From Magallana gigas (Eukaryota), in NCBI RefSeq assembly GCF_963853765.1, contig NC_088854.1:54932001-54996000 (forward strand): DNA of 64,000 nt, written 5' to 3'. Below the pieces are notes generated by a model that made no database searches, was not told the DNA's origin, and was given only the letters and a program-made list of their open reading frames with translations. Position numbers and translations under genes: made by a program. Shown here one piece after another: positions 38,024-51,300 of this stretch. Numbering within the stretch: the stretch's first letter is position 1; each line of letters opens with the position of its first letter.

Positions 38024-41000
38024 ATGGATATGCTAGATCAGGCCTTAGAGGCCAGGTTGGTATAAAATTAGTTTCTTTTGGATAAATTATGAAGTTTAGT
38101 TGAAGTGACATTCTCAGAGAAGGCGTCAGATAGTTCCTGATTGCAACTATACGATTAGCATGCTATTAAGTGTGTCATTGCGGGAAAAGTTGAATGTTGT
38201 TATGGAACACGTGTTTTTAATATTTTTTCTTTTTCGTGTAAAATCTTTTAATTTGACGTTTTCGTAGGAATTACAATAACCATGTTTTTAAAAATAGGCG
38301 GTTTTTCATCTTTAATAAATATTTTTTACACGTTTAAGGTTCAAGGTTATGAATATTAGCAGACATAAATAACATAACATAACAAAATAATGGCATGTCT
38401 CTGATATTAGTATCTGAAATGAATTTATATTTAATGGATAATCATGTAGATTATTTTTTTTGGGTGGGGGGGGGGGTAACAAATATTGATCTTTAAATAT
38501 TAATAATGCAGGTGCAGCAACTTTCATTTCTGTTTCAAGAGTTCAAGAAAGTGTGTAACTTTAGAATTTTATCAGAAAAAATTATGACTTACCCGGTTTT
38601 ATTGACTAAAACTAATATGAATGATAGATTTAAAATGCAGACAAATCATCCCAAACAACTTTGATACCACATAAATCTGGGGATTTATTGTGATATGACA
38701 ATTACATGTACTTAGATTTTTATGCTTGCCATCTCTTCTTATTTGTCATGTTTGTATTTATTTTTGTAGTATGACATAACAAAATTATTTACTTCCCATA
38801 AGTTATTTAAAATATTAAGACTAGAGGATTCTAAATTTTAAATTAGTTTATTAATAAAATGTTTTCAGATTGTTGTAGAAACATAAAAAAAAATCTAGGG
38901 AGAAGATGAAATAATTTTTTAAAAAATAGTAATTGATGTATTTAAATAACACACTAATTAAAAAATTATTTTAAAAACTGACTTCTTTTGCACTTCATAA
39001 TCATCTTGTTCACAGATTTAATGTATAGTAGATGAAAAGCTATTTATAAATACATAACTCTACAAAAGTCTTTGAGTGTAATGTTAATTTTTACAACTCA
39101 GTGCCCCCCTTTCAATTTTCGTTATTGTAATTGTGCTAATTTAGGATTTAAAAAAAGACTTCTAATATCTACAGCCATGAAGACACCAAAGATTCAACTG
39201 GTTCTGATGATGTTCAGTTAACAGGTATGTGGATTTACTGGTAATTAATTCCAAATTTCAGGCCTGATGGGCATACAGAGATACAAGGAACAAATGAACA
39301 CACATTGAAGAAAGAGAAATTTACAAATAATGGTCTAAATGATAATATTTTATAAAGATGGAGTAAAAAACAAAATCAAAGTGTGAACAAAGAGGATTTT
39401 CTTACTTTATCATTACCATAGCAACTACTAAAATAAAACAGAATATTAAATGGCATTTAAATAGAAGACTATTAGCTTGCATATTAAAGGGTAAAGCTGT
39501 CATTTATTATTTTCTTCTATTAGGAGATGGAGAAGAAGGAATTGGAACAGTGCAGAATGTAGGATCATCCCAGATTACCTTAGATCCCAATCTACAGTAC
39601 CAGCTTAGAACCGATACAGGTCAGAGATATACTGAACTGTTGTGTTTTCTCTTGTGTGTTGCCTTATGTCAAGGCAAGAATTTCTATCTATAACCTAGGG
39701 AAAATTATGGAAATATTTTTAGAAATAATCAAGACAAGAATAATTATCTTGTCATTGTTAAATATAGAATATAAGCATGTGAGTATTTTAAGTGGTTTCA
39801 CAAAATCCTTTATTGTAAATGATGCATATAAAACAAGTGCTTTTATACTTGTTGATGCTATGATCTTACTAGGTCATCATTCATTAAAAGATGAAATAAC
39901 AAATTGACCAAATCTATTTTGTAGGATTTTAGTTGTTGTTTTTATTTTTTTATTATTTGGAGGGAGTGCTCCTGGGCATGCACAACCCTAAATTTGCCTT
40001 GTGAAACTAATTTGTTTTATGTATATCAAATAACACATCACAAATTTTTTTTTACCTTTAATATTTTATATATTATGTTTTTTATGTACCATCAGGTCAA
40101 GTGACATACAGAGTTGTCCAGGTCACAGGTGATGGAACAGAATCAGCTCAGGTGGTGGCCACAAATGCCTTCCAGCCAGGAGCTCAGGTAAGTAGAAAGA
40201 AAATGTTTATAATGTTTAACAGGAAATACTGAACTGACAATGCCAAAATTGAATTCCTAGTGAAAATAATCCATGAAAAGAAAGCAATGTCTCATTGATA
40301 ATTTATCTCCATTTTCCAGGCAGTGATACAGAGTCCATTCAGCAATGGTGGCAGCCCCACCCCTGACAACCAGGCCACAGAAACGAGGTTCACCTACTTC
40401 CCCACCACTGTGGTTACAAACGCGGACCAAGTGACATCACAAGGAGATGTATCAGGTACCAGTGCTGCGCTGGGTCAGGTCACAGCTGCTGGAGGTGAGA
40501 GTTACCTCCCATGGTGTGCATTGTGTGTTCTATCATCCAAGCTATATTAAAACGCATGCCCAGATCTAGAGGGGAGAGGTCATTTGATCTGCAAAATTCA
40601 ATTACATTATAAAATTGCCAAAAATGTGCCTCAGCAAACTCAAATAACCATCAGACCCCCAACCCCCCTCCCCCGGGAAAATTTTCTGGATCCGCGCTAC
40701 TGGTGGGAATAAGAGGAAAGTTGAAGAATATAACTGTTGATTTCCTACAACTGTATTTCATTGGTTCAAAAAAAATAATATAGATTTCTGAGTGAACACA
40801 AGGACTCAACATTCTAATTTTATACTAAACATGTATTTCAATACCTTTTTGCAGGTGCATGGGCAACTGGTGACACAGCATTACAACAAGGTAGTTGCTT
40901 TTCTGAGTTTTACCCATATATTATGTATGATAATACAGTTTTATATAATATAAAATCATGTACACTAGAAGTATTTCTATTATTTACTTTTTTCATACAA

Positions 41001-42043
41001 CATGGAATATTTATTGAAGAACAACTTCACTTATGTGATAGGAAATCCTTGAAATGCACTCTGTAAAGACTTAAATGATATTCATAAGTGATGTGTCCTA
41101 TTGTGTTGAATTTTGTTGAATGGATAATCTATTAATATCCATGTGAGGTTAAAGGTTATGTCACTCACATTTCATGTAGAATAATCTGATTCATGTGGAC
41201 AGTTGATGTCCAACATGTAAAAATGAGCATTTTAATTATTTTTAACAACAAGATGTTTGTTTGATTAAGCAGGCCAGTTTTATGTCATGATGTCCCCCCA
41301 AGAGGTTCTTCAGGGTCAGAGAAATATTGCTCCACGAACAGGATTTACCCCCAAAGTGGAGGGGGTCAGGACTGGGAGAGACGACAGGCGAAGGGCCACA
41401 CATAATGAAGGTAATGACTTTTATGAGCCCTGAGAGACTGATACTAAGTGATTTCTAATTGGTGCAAAAAAATCGTATGGGTCAAATTATTTCTGTTGAA
41501 TGAACACTTGGTAATTTTGTTCCCTGTTAACTCAATGAGTATTAATATTTTGTACAGTGGAGAGAAGAAGAAGGGATAAGATAAATAACTGGATAGTTCA
41601 ACTGTCTAAGGTCATCCCTGACTGTTCCCAGGAACATACCAAACAAGGACAGGTAACTCTTTCATTACTGTACTGTCAGGTTTATTCAATATGGACAATT
41701 CTCCATTTTATTTAGTTAAGCTTGTCACATACTCACTTACATGCATTTGTGCATGCATACTAGTACTGCTATGTATATACACATTGTGAATGCCTTTATC
41801 AGAATTTATTTTCTTTTCTTTCAGAGCAAGGGTGGAATTTTATCAAAAGCCTGTGATTACATAACAGAATTAAAGACTGCAAATTTGAGAATGAGTGAAT
41901 CTCTGAAAGAGACAGAGAGATTGTCTGTGGACTTGGAATTATTACGACAACAGTGTGAAGAACTCAAGAGTGAGAACTCAATTCTACGAGCTCAGTTACA
42001 GTCTCACGGTCTGATCCCCGACATTCCAGGCTCCAACTCCTAA
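38024..42043 (+). CDS. USF: Upstream stimulatory factor (bHLH-leucine zipper)
   Basis: Exons 38024-38055 (MDMLDQALEA, like USF2 MDMLD), 39175-39224, 39524-39619, 40096-40187, 40320-40494, 40855-40890 (optional), 41273-41410, 41558-41652, 41825-42043. Motifs QVTYRVVQV, AVIQSPFSNGGSP, GQFYVMMSPQEVLQ, RRATHNEVERRRRDKINNWI, SKGGILSKACDYI and a zipper. Confidence 0.97.
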
Positions 42044-45000
42044 CTAGTGCTTCTCTTTTATTTTATATGGAATATGATCTACTGTGTCTTTGTTTGTATA
42101 AGTCACTACACATAAGGAGAATCATGGTATCTCTGCCTCTCAGCCCAATATTGTTCAAGTATATTACAGTCAGTCTTTGTGAATGGTCTTGCATGTTTAT
42201 ATTACAAATAATTTTACGCATAAATCACAAGCTGTTGTCACATGTATTATGTCTTAAGATGGACCATTTTTTAAAGTTTTGATTTCTAAGAAATCACTAC
42301 TTTTTGAAACTATTGCATCATTCAAGATTATCCATTTTATAATGAAGATGGAAGTACCAGGTCATTTGTCTCACCCTCATAGATGAACTGTGAAATTTTT
42401 CAATTCAGCCATTAAGTTATACAGAATAATTGAAATTTATTATCAGTTGAAGGTTTCTAATTTTGTTTAAGCTATTATAAACATGTATTTCCGAGTTAAA
42501 ATTATGGGCAACATTTAACAGATCAATGTCTACCGGTACAACATATTGTTAAGTTTATTTTAATATATTAAAGTCCTGTGTATGTATATATTTGCCAAAA
42601 CATGCTTTTTAAAATTCTAAATCATATTTCCTCAAACTTTATTTTATAAAAAATAATAATAGATGTAATGTTTTTAGTTTAAATTCTATACCAGTTATGT
42701 TAAGATTATTTTGAAAGATAGCTTACACCAAAAGTCACATTTATGATATCAGAAGATGAAGAAATCCTTCATCCTTAAGATAATAAATATAAGACAAATA
42801 ATAAATTTTGAATGAAATTTCACACCTATATGTAAATTGTAAATTCCTTAACTTGAGCTTTAGTTGGTTACCATAATAAGTGATGTACCGTAATCAAACT
42901 TGTAGGGCTATGGAAAGCATAGGAGATGACAACTACTTATATTTGAAAGAAATAATGGCATAATAAGAGACAATGGCAAGTTAACTTGTTCTTCTGGACA
43001 AGGTTTATTATTTATCCACCTTTTAAAACAAAAATCACACTTTTATGCCAATTTTATTGGCATTTTATGTACATTAGCCACGACAATCAAAGATTTTCTT
43101 AGTATTCTGAGCTGCAAAAGATTTGAATAATAAAATGAATAAATGAGGTTAAGAATATAAAATCATTGCTCCTGCAAAAATGAAGTGTGCCACCAAGCAA
43201 TTGACAAATTCATATCTATCTCTACATTTAAACAAATGCACATGACTGTATGTATGTACATGTATGTAAATTACACAAAAACCCAGTATTTTCAAACTGA
43301 AAATGATAAGCTATCAAATGATCAGAGAAATAATGATAATCACTCCTGACACAATTGTTTGTCAGAAAAATTTGAAAGCACATTATCTTGATTATTATAT
43401 GACATGATTTTAAGATATTGATGGATATACTATATAAAAGGGTGGTTATTGTAGTTGAAAAATTATTAATTAGAACTTTTTGTTAATAATTTAGAAATGA
43501 ATTTGCATTTTAATATTTTATCTTGAAGAAAAAAAAACCTAAACCTGAATACATGTAAAAATTTTATTTTTCTTAATATGGTAAAGCCAAATGTATTACA
43601 AAATGTACTGAAACTTTGATTACAAAATGAGAGCTCTTGATGTTGTGGAAAGATATACTAGTAATAGAGATGAAACTGGTCTAGATGTTATTGTGTTTAT
43701 ATAAAATGCAAAATTAAATCTTTTATACAAAATAAACAGCTCTTGTTTTCTATGGAATAGATGACTACACAAGGCAATGAAACCAAGACGTTTTTTTCAA
43801 TTATAAGGGGCTTTGCCAACAAGCAGCTCCTGACTAGTTCAAACAATATCTGTACTTATTTTCATAAGAAACTTAAGGTCAGACGACGCATTCGTCTAGC
43901 ATCTTTTTTGTGTCTCCTCGTAATAAAGAGTTCCAATAAAAATACGGTAATCCTGATTTTAACTGAAATTGGTTTCAAAAATCATAAATTTGTAATTCCA
44001 ATAAGATAATATAGGAAATTGCATACTCCAGTATCTCGCACAAATGCCTGGTAAGGTACCCTAATTTTTTTAAAGAAAGCTGGTCTAAGTAGCTCATGTT
44101 GTAAATCAATAACAAATTCCTGGAAAAAGTTATACATTTGTATAAATTTGAGGAACTTGTCATCTGACCATAACTTAAGAAGCTTAGTAAAACTTAGTCC
44201 GATTAATTACGATTATATTAAAAGGAATAAATAATTCTGAATTAATGTTTTAAAAAATATTTTATTCATTTTTTTTATACCAACAATAATTTATGTTCTT
44301 ACATTTAAGGAAAAATCAGTGCACCATCTTTCATTGAAGCATGAAGATCTCTTAAATATTTCTATCAAACTGCTTATTCAAACATTAATACATGTATGCA
44401 CACAGAGGCAATGCTCTTATCCTCTTGCATCAATGATCATTGACATAATTAATGAAATTTACAGGAATGTTGTATGATATACATATGGACCTGGTGCACC
44501 AAATGACGCAATACACTAAAATTTTGCACACAATGCCAGAGGAATAAATCATCAATACTGACAGCACCAAACTGTTGCTGTTAAGACCCAACCAACAAAT
44601 TCTGATCAAACACTGATCTACCACACATTCATCACTATTGAACAAGCTCAATGACAGTCTCTTGAAATAACTTGAAAATATTCATAAATAAGTCCTCATC
44701 TTTCACTCACACAATTAAGCAACCATTTAGCACATTCAGACAGCACTCACTAATCATCACCGACCATCCAGACTTTGCACTACAAAAATATAACAATTGC
44801 ACAATAAAAATGACAGACCACACAGATGTGCATCTCTATGGTGGTTCTGTGGGAATCAATGAGATTGAACTCTAACTTGAGTTTGAACATGTTGACATAC
44901 ACAAACTTTCATAAAGTTTTGAAATAAATTTGATGTAGAGTGTTAATAATGCCAATCCACAGTTATGGACATTTCATGATAATAAATTAGGCTATGATGA

Positions 45001-45392
45001 AGAAATAAATGTCCGGCATTCAATTTTATCCTAGATGGATATGTAGAATGTTCAGTGACAAGAAATATGTCATCATAATTAGTTGTTGGTCAAGTACAAT
45101 TCTTGTAAATTTCTTTCAAAATTATTACAGATTTGATATCAAACTGTTTAAAGAAAACTTGCATCTGCAAAAGTCCTAATGCTTTTATCTAATACTTTGC
45201 TTTTTAATACCAAAAATGTCCTAATGTTCTATGCTAACATTTTGCTCTTGTAAAGCCCAAATTCACAGATTTTCCGAAGTCAAATTTTTTATATATTATT
45301 TTAACTGCCTGTTTTTCTGCATGTCAGGCACATGGTCTCAACACCAACACTGAGTAAATTGTTCAATATATTAATCCTAATCCCGACTGGGG

Positions 45393-48300
45393 TTATAAGT
45401 CACTGGCGTCATGAGTAACCGCATCATCGGGATCTTCCGTTTTCTTTGTTGTTGTGCCCTCTGATCCCTCACTGCCTTCACCTTCATCTACGATAAATAA
45501 AATAAGAAGGTGTTACAATAAATCAAATCAACAATACATGTATTAAAAAAATCTGATCCAAAAAGACTTGCTGAAAAAAAAAAAAACATCTTCCCAAAAC
45601 ACGAAATTGAAAATGTTGCAAAATATTTGAAAATTGAGTTCGGGGGAGATCCTGCAATCTTACCTAATTGTAAAATCTCTTCCTCTCCTTCAGATTTCTC
45701 CTCTCCTCGTTTGGATTTGGGTCTTCGTTTAGGTGCTTTGGTCTCTGTCTCTGGTACATCTAGCTGGGGACCTTCATCAGTACCAGATTTTGTACTCTCA
45801 CCTATAAACATTTATTACATCAACATAAAAATTCAATCACTGTCGCTGGAAAGAGCTGAATTGTTTTATCGGTCAAAAAATTTATTGTTGCTTATTAGAA
45901 TACATTGAATATGTTCTATTGTATCAGTAACCCTTGATTATTGATCTAGTTACCTGAGGTTGAATTGGACGAGTTGGTATCTGTCTTTGTATCGTTTGTG
46001 GCTGTGGTGTTTTTGCTGGCTTTTGGCTTGGTTTTAGGTCGATACATCTTCGCCTTGTTTATCAGGTATTTGACCTCCCTGTCCAGTGCTTGATATTTCA
46101 TAGCAATGTCATCCACTAATAGTTTGGGTTTCTCTGTCAGAGGTGTTATATTCTGGTCCTTTGTCATGGTCTCCAACCATTGCTATAACCAATATTATAT
46201 GCCAATAATTGAAAACAGTAATGTCAGAAATTTCAGCAGCATTCTTCACATTCTAAATTCATCTCATTTGCTTACTGCAGTGAATTAAATTCTTAGTTTT
46301 GAAACATTAAAATTTGTGGTTGCTCAATCTTTACATGAATTTTGAGGTTAACATCACCCATGATTTATCCTTCCCAGCAAATTAAGATACAAACTCTTTA
46401 TTTACTATACAAACAAGCAAATCCAAGAAATTACATTCTCACAAACCTATTTTAATGCATTTGGTATTGAAGAATGACATTGACAAAATTGTATTGGTCT
46501 ATTTGATAAATTTCTTTGCTAACTGACTTCCATAGATCTCACTGATGAGTTTCTCTACTAACTGACTTATCTACTAGTAGGTAACATTATTGAGTTTCTC
46601 AAACATTTGACATAAAATGGATTCATTGAAGAGTTTCTAAATTGACTGACTTATATAGGTCTCATTAATGAGCTTCTCAACTAACTCACTTACACAGGTC
46701 TTATTGATGAGTTTCTTTACTAACTTACATAAGTCTCATTGATGAGTTTCTCCAGCGTGGTGGCCTCCACCTCAGTAAACATGGGATCCTCCCCTAGGGA
46801 TAGGTTCCTGACGCTGACCAGGAAGAACTCAGAGTGGTTAAGCATGGAGTTGAGGGCATCCAGGGCCTTGGGACGCTCCTTCAGTTCCTTCACCCTGTAC
46901 ACCAAGTCCTTCACTAACTTCTTCAGTTCCTTCAACTTGTTCAAGTACACCTATCAACAGTACATCATCTATGTTATTGTGAATCCATATTTTTAAAAAT
47001 TATTGATTTGTATTTTTAAGTCATCTTTCTCAATTTGTGGTTTTCAATAACTGTTGAAGGGAATTGTATTGGTTCTTCACTAATTTCTATTAATTAAGGT
47101 GTGTTTGTTCCAAAAACTTTATTTTCTTCAAGATAAAATCCTAAGTAGCTTACCAAGTAAAAAATATGTACATGTGGTAGCCCACTTGGTAAAACTACAT
47201 GTATATATTATACACTTATATAAACAAATGAAAATTAAATTCCCATGAATCAAATCTAATTTTCTCTACTGCAAAAATAATCCCTCCCCCCATCCAAAAA
47301 CAAGTCACTGCCTTTAGAATACCTCCTTCTTGGCATCCTCTTCCTGTTCGTACATCCACTCGCCGGCCTCCGCGAACAGCTTGCTGTACTCCTCCCTCTG
47401 GGCGGAGGTCGAACACTTCTCGTGGTCCTCGTCCGTCAGTTTGTCATTCATGTCATAGATGTACGCCTCCAGATCGTTCTTAGCCATCTCTAACAACTTC
47501 TTTTCTTTGTCTTTTGCTGTTAATTCAGCTAGTCTGAAATCCAAATATCATTACCATTCCATAAAAGTGGACGCATGATATGCTACCGAAGCTTTGATCT
47601 CATATTTAGCAATATCCATAAACACATACATTTGTATGGATAAACATCAAATTTATGATTCATATTCTTCAAGAATGGCTCTACGGTTTACATATTTGCC
47701 ACTATTGTATTTTTGTCCCTTTCATTCTGATCATCCTGGTTATCAGTGGGAAAATTTAAGACAGGACTAATTAAAAACTATTTCAAAATAACTGTGTTAA
47801 TTAGAAAATGTATGTATTTCTGTTTGTGGGCAAATTGAAGACAGAATGAAACAAGTCTGTAGAAGGGTGGAAAAAACATGGGGCAAAAATAACCCTGTAT
47901 ACAGTACATTTATATAAAAGATGTTTCAACTAAATGGGTAATGCTAAACTTCCTATTATTTAAGACATGTTATACCATAATTTCAATTAAATATTCTCTA
48001 CCCTTGGGTCAAAAGTACCGTTACAGGTATGGGCATTTCAAAAATATATTAGGTATCATGCACATAAAACACACAATAACATATCACTAACCTCTTCTTG
48101 GCAGCCTTGAACTTTTCTGTAGTAATTGGTAGGATATCAAATGATTCATTCTCTGCTAAAATATCCTCTTTAATGAAGGTCACTTTGGGGGCCTGAAAAT
48201 TGAAAATGAATTCTCCAGAAACAGTGAAGACATTAGATTTTTACTTTTAATCAAAGAAACTTTATCAATGGTGGTTGGGTAAAGTATCAACCTGGGTTGC

Positions 48301-51300
48301 CTACCTTGACTTCCTCTGTCTTGTTTTCAGTTTTAGTGGTATTATCAGCTTTCTCTGTTTCTTTTTTGACAGTTTGCTTTTTCCCCTCTTTCTTATCCTC
48401 TTTTTTATCTTCACTCTTTTCCTTGGTGGGTTTTTCTGTGGTCTCTTCATTCTTCTTCTCTTCATCAGCTGGAATCTGTACCAAGCAAGAATTGAAAACT
48501 TTATGCAAATTCACTTTATAATGGTATCTTTTTAAAATATCTGTTACATGTACCGGTAATTGTACAAAAATATTAAAGCATATTGTAGATTCAGTACTAA
48601 ACGTGTGGAATTAAAATCGCAAGAAGCACATCTTGCAGATATTAAAACCTCGCTTTTATTTTCAGACAGTTTTGAACATATATAAAATTTTTATATGAAA
48701 GGTGATTTTATATTTATCCGATTTAATACAAAACAGTGGAATGACAGAATAAAGTACTTGAGTAAAACAAGAAAATTACAGTATCAAATTGAATTTGACA
48801 TTAATTAGAAAAAATATTGTTACCATCATATACCGGTAATCCTCCTATATTCTACTACTACTATATATGTATCTGTATGTTAAATTTGTTAGACAATACT
48901 CATACATTAAAAAGAAGAAAGATTTAACTGAATATTTGAGAAGAATTAGTAAAAACAAACAAATAAACTGAAAAACATCTTTTATATTACTTTTTAAAAC
49001 ATGTATGTATGCTTAAAAGTAATATTCAATGAAAGGTAGGAAACTCCAGAGGGTAAAGCTGATTAAATTTGTGAGTGTATTCATCCTCAAATCCCATCAT
49101 GCAGCACATCACACGTACAGTGTCAGAAAGGTGAAATAAAGATCAGGGCTTGAAATATATACTGTATGGCCACTTGTCTGGAGCCAATATACATTACAGT
49201 TGATATAGTGCTCTCTGAAAAGCACTTGCCATTTGGGCCAGCTATTTAACACTTTTCCATTATTATTGATCCAATGGGTCAATTTTTTTTGGCTGAAAGC
49301 CTGTTTGACCAGTGGAAGAACAAGTATTATTTCTAGCCCGAAAGACAAACAGCACATTTGCACATAAAGCGAAAAACAGAAAAGTTCTGTAAAGGAACCT
49401 TTTTGTCCCCATTGTCTGGCTTTGGTTGTTGAGCCTCGGATTCCGTTTTTCCTTCACCTGATTTATCGTCAGGTTTGTCTCCCTTTATACAAAAAAATCA
49501 TGCAAATCAACAAAAAAATATATAAACTAAATTATCCATGGAAAAAAAATATTGAAGAGGACTTTGCATTGACTTTCTAAGCAAACTATATGATGAATTT
49601 AAACAAAATAAAATGAACTTAAAACTAAATGAAAATGAAACCCACATTGAAAATTGTTAAGTATGGGAAAAGAGTTAGTAGGAAGCCAAATGAGGAAGCA
49701 CATTGCAGGCAGCTTGTGATTACCTCTTGTGCCGTTTCATCTGTTGTTGGTTTCTTATCCTCCTTATCTTCTTTGCCTCCAAAAAATCCACTTATAGTAT
49801 CCCCTAATTCTAAGAAGAATATAAAAATATCTATGCACATCATTTTTATAATTGCTCTTCTCTTCTATAATATTGTTCTCTTTTTGCCACAATTTAATGA
49901 AACAAAAATGAACCTCATGCATTTGCACTTAAACAATGTCCTTCTTCATATCAAAACTAAAATCATTGCTGTCGCGATCCTAACTTGAACACAGTGTCTC
50001 GTAACTAGATTTGCATTTTGTTATAATTTAATCTGGATCATTGCAATGTTCGGAATAATATTCTAATCCTGAATTTCACCAGCACACTTGAGAAATTTTA
50101 TTTTATTCATTAAGTGATAAAAATGGGCAATATGCAATGTTAAATCAGATACACGCTGGCCTGAGAACCAAGGAATTAATTTTTGCTGGCCTCATGTTCC
50201 TGTTTGTATCATTCACTCACTTGACCAAGTTGATTCCTCTGGTGGACCTTCCTTCTCAAATACAAATTCAACCTGTGCAAATAAGGCAAAACAAGAAATA
50301 AGAAACTCTGTATGAAATGACAGATACCAACAAAATGTAAACAAATAGTTCTGTACTTCCATATTTTTTACTATTTCTTTAACTTGGTGATAAAGAATTC
50401 TACATTCTCTATTAAGATCTAAATTATATTGATTGTTTTAAAAACAGATTTCATATTGTTGTCTCACTCTATCTAGGTGTAAGATTCCATCCTCGTCCAT
50501 CCTGAAGTGAGCCTTCACCCCTTTACTGTCGGCTTTCTCAACATGCTTCTTGAATGCAGTTTCTACACCTTTCAGGTGATAGGTGTGAATCAGGTGATCA
50601 GGGAAAGACCTGAAAAATAAGAAAGAAGATAGTACATAATACACTGTGGACAATGACCATACAGTAGATGATGTAGACGTGAATAAACATTGGACATTCT
50701 GTATATAAGGGCTATTTTTCACTTGTAGAAGGTTTCGCCTCGTCTTGAATTCGCTCAAATTTGTATTTAAAGGGATGTGATTTGAGACTAATTCTCCCGG
50801 TCTTAAATTCACCCATTGACAATGATGGTTAAAGGGGTGGAAAAAAAAACAGAGCAAATACTGTATACAGGGAAACACTTGCCCCATTTTATTTTCACCC
50901 CTTTCGCCCTCCTTGTCTTTGTTCACACAACTGCTTCTGGGTGAATTCAAGACGGGTGAAACTGTTTGCAAGTCTAAAAGGGCAAAAATTACACGGGACG
51001 AAAAATAAATCTATATACAGTATTGCCTTGTATACAATAGTGAAAATGGACAAACACTGGGCATTGTAGACTACAATAATACATAGATCATTGTGGACAA
51101 TGAATTTACATGATCAAAATTCCAAAGTCATACAGATTTTTTTTCATTTAAATTGATGAGAAAACTCTACGGTGAAATCTTTTTTCAAACCTTGCTTTTT
51201 ATTCGCACTATGCATCTACGGTGAAATCTTTTTTAAAACCTTGCTTTTAATTCGCACTATGCACTATGAATACTTTTGCACTATGGATTCATTCCTCCCA

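Noticed and set aside
43870-44195. Second Harbinger element near the USF 3' region
   Set aside because: Only one partial TIR match (taagaagcttagtaaaact ~44173) with no partner end or coding relic; too weak to call.
45488-45908. Long ORFs on both strands
   Set aside because: The minus ORF is a HYOU1 exon read into introns; the plus ORF is its antisense shadow.
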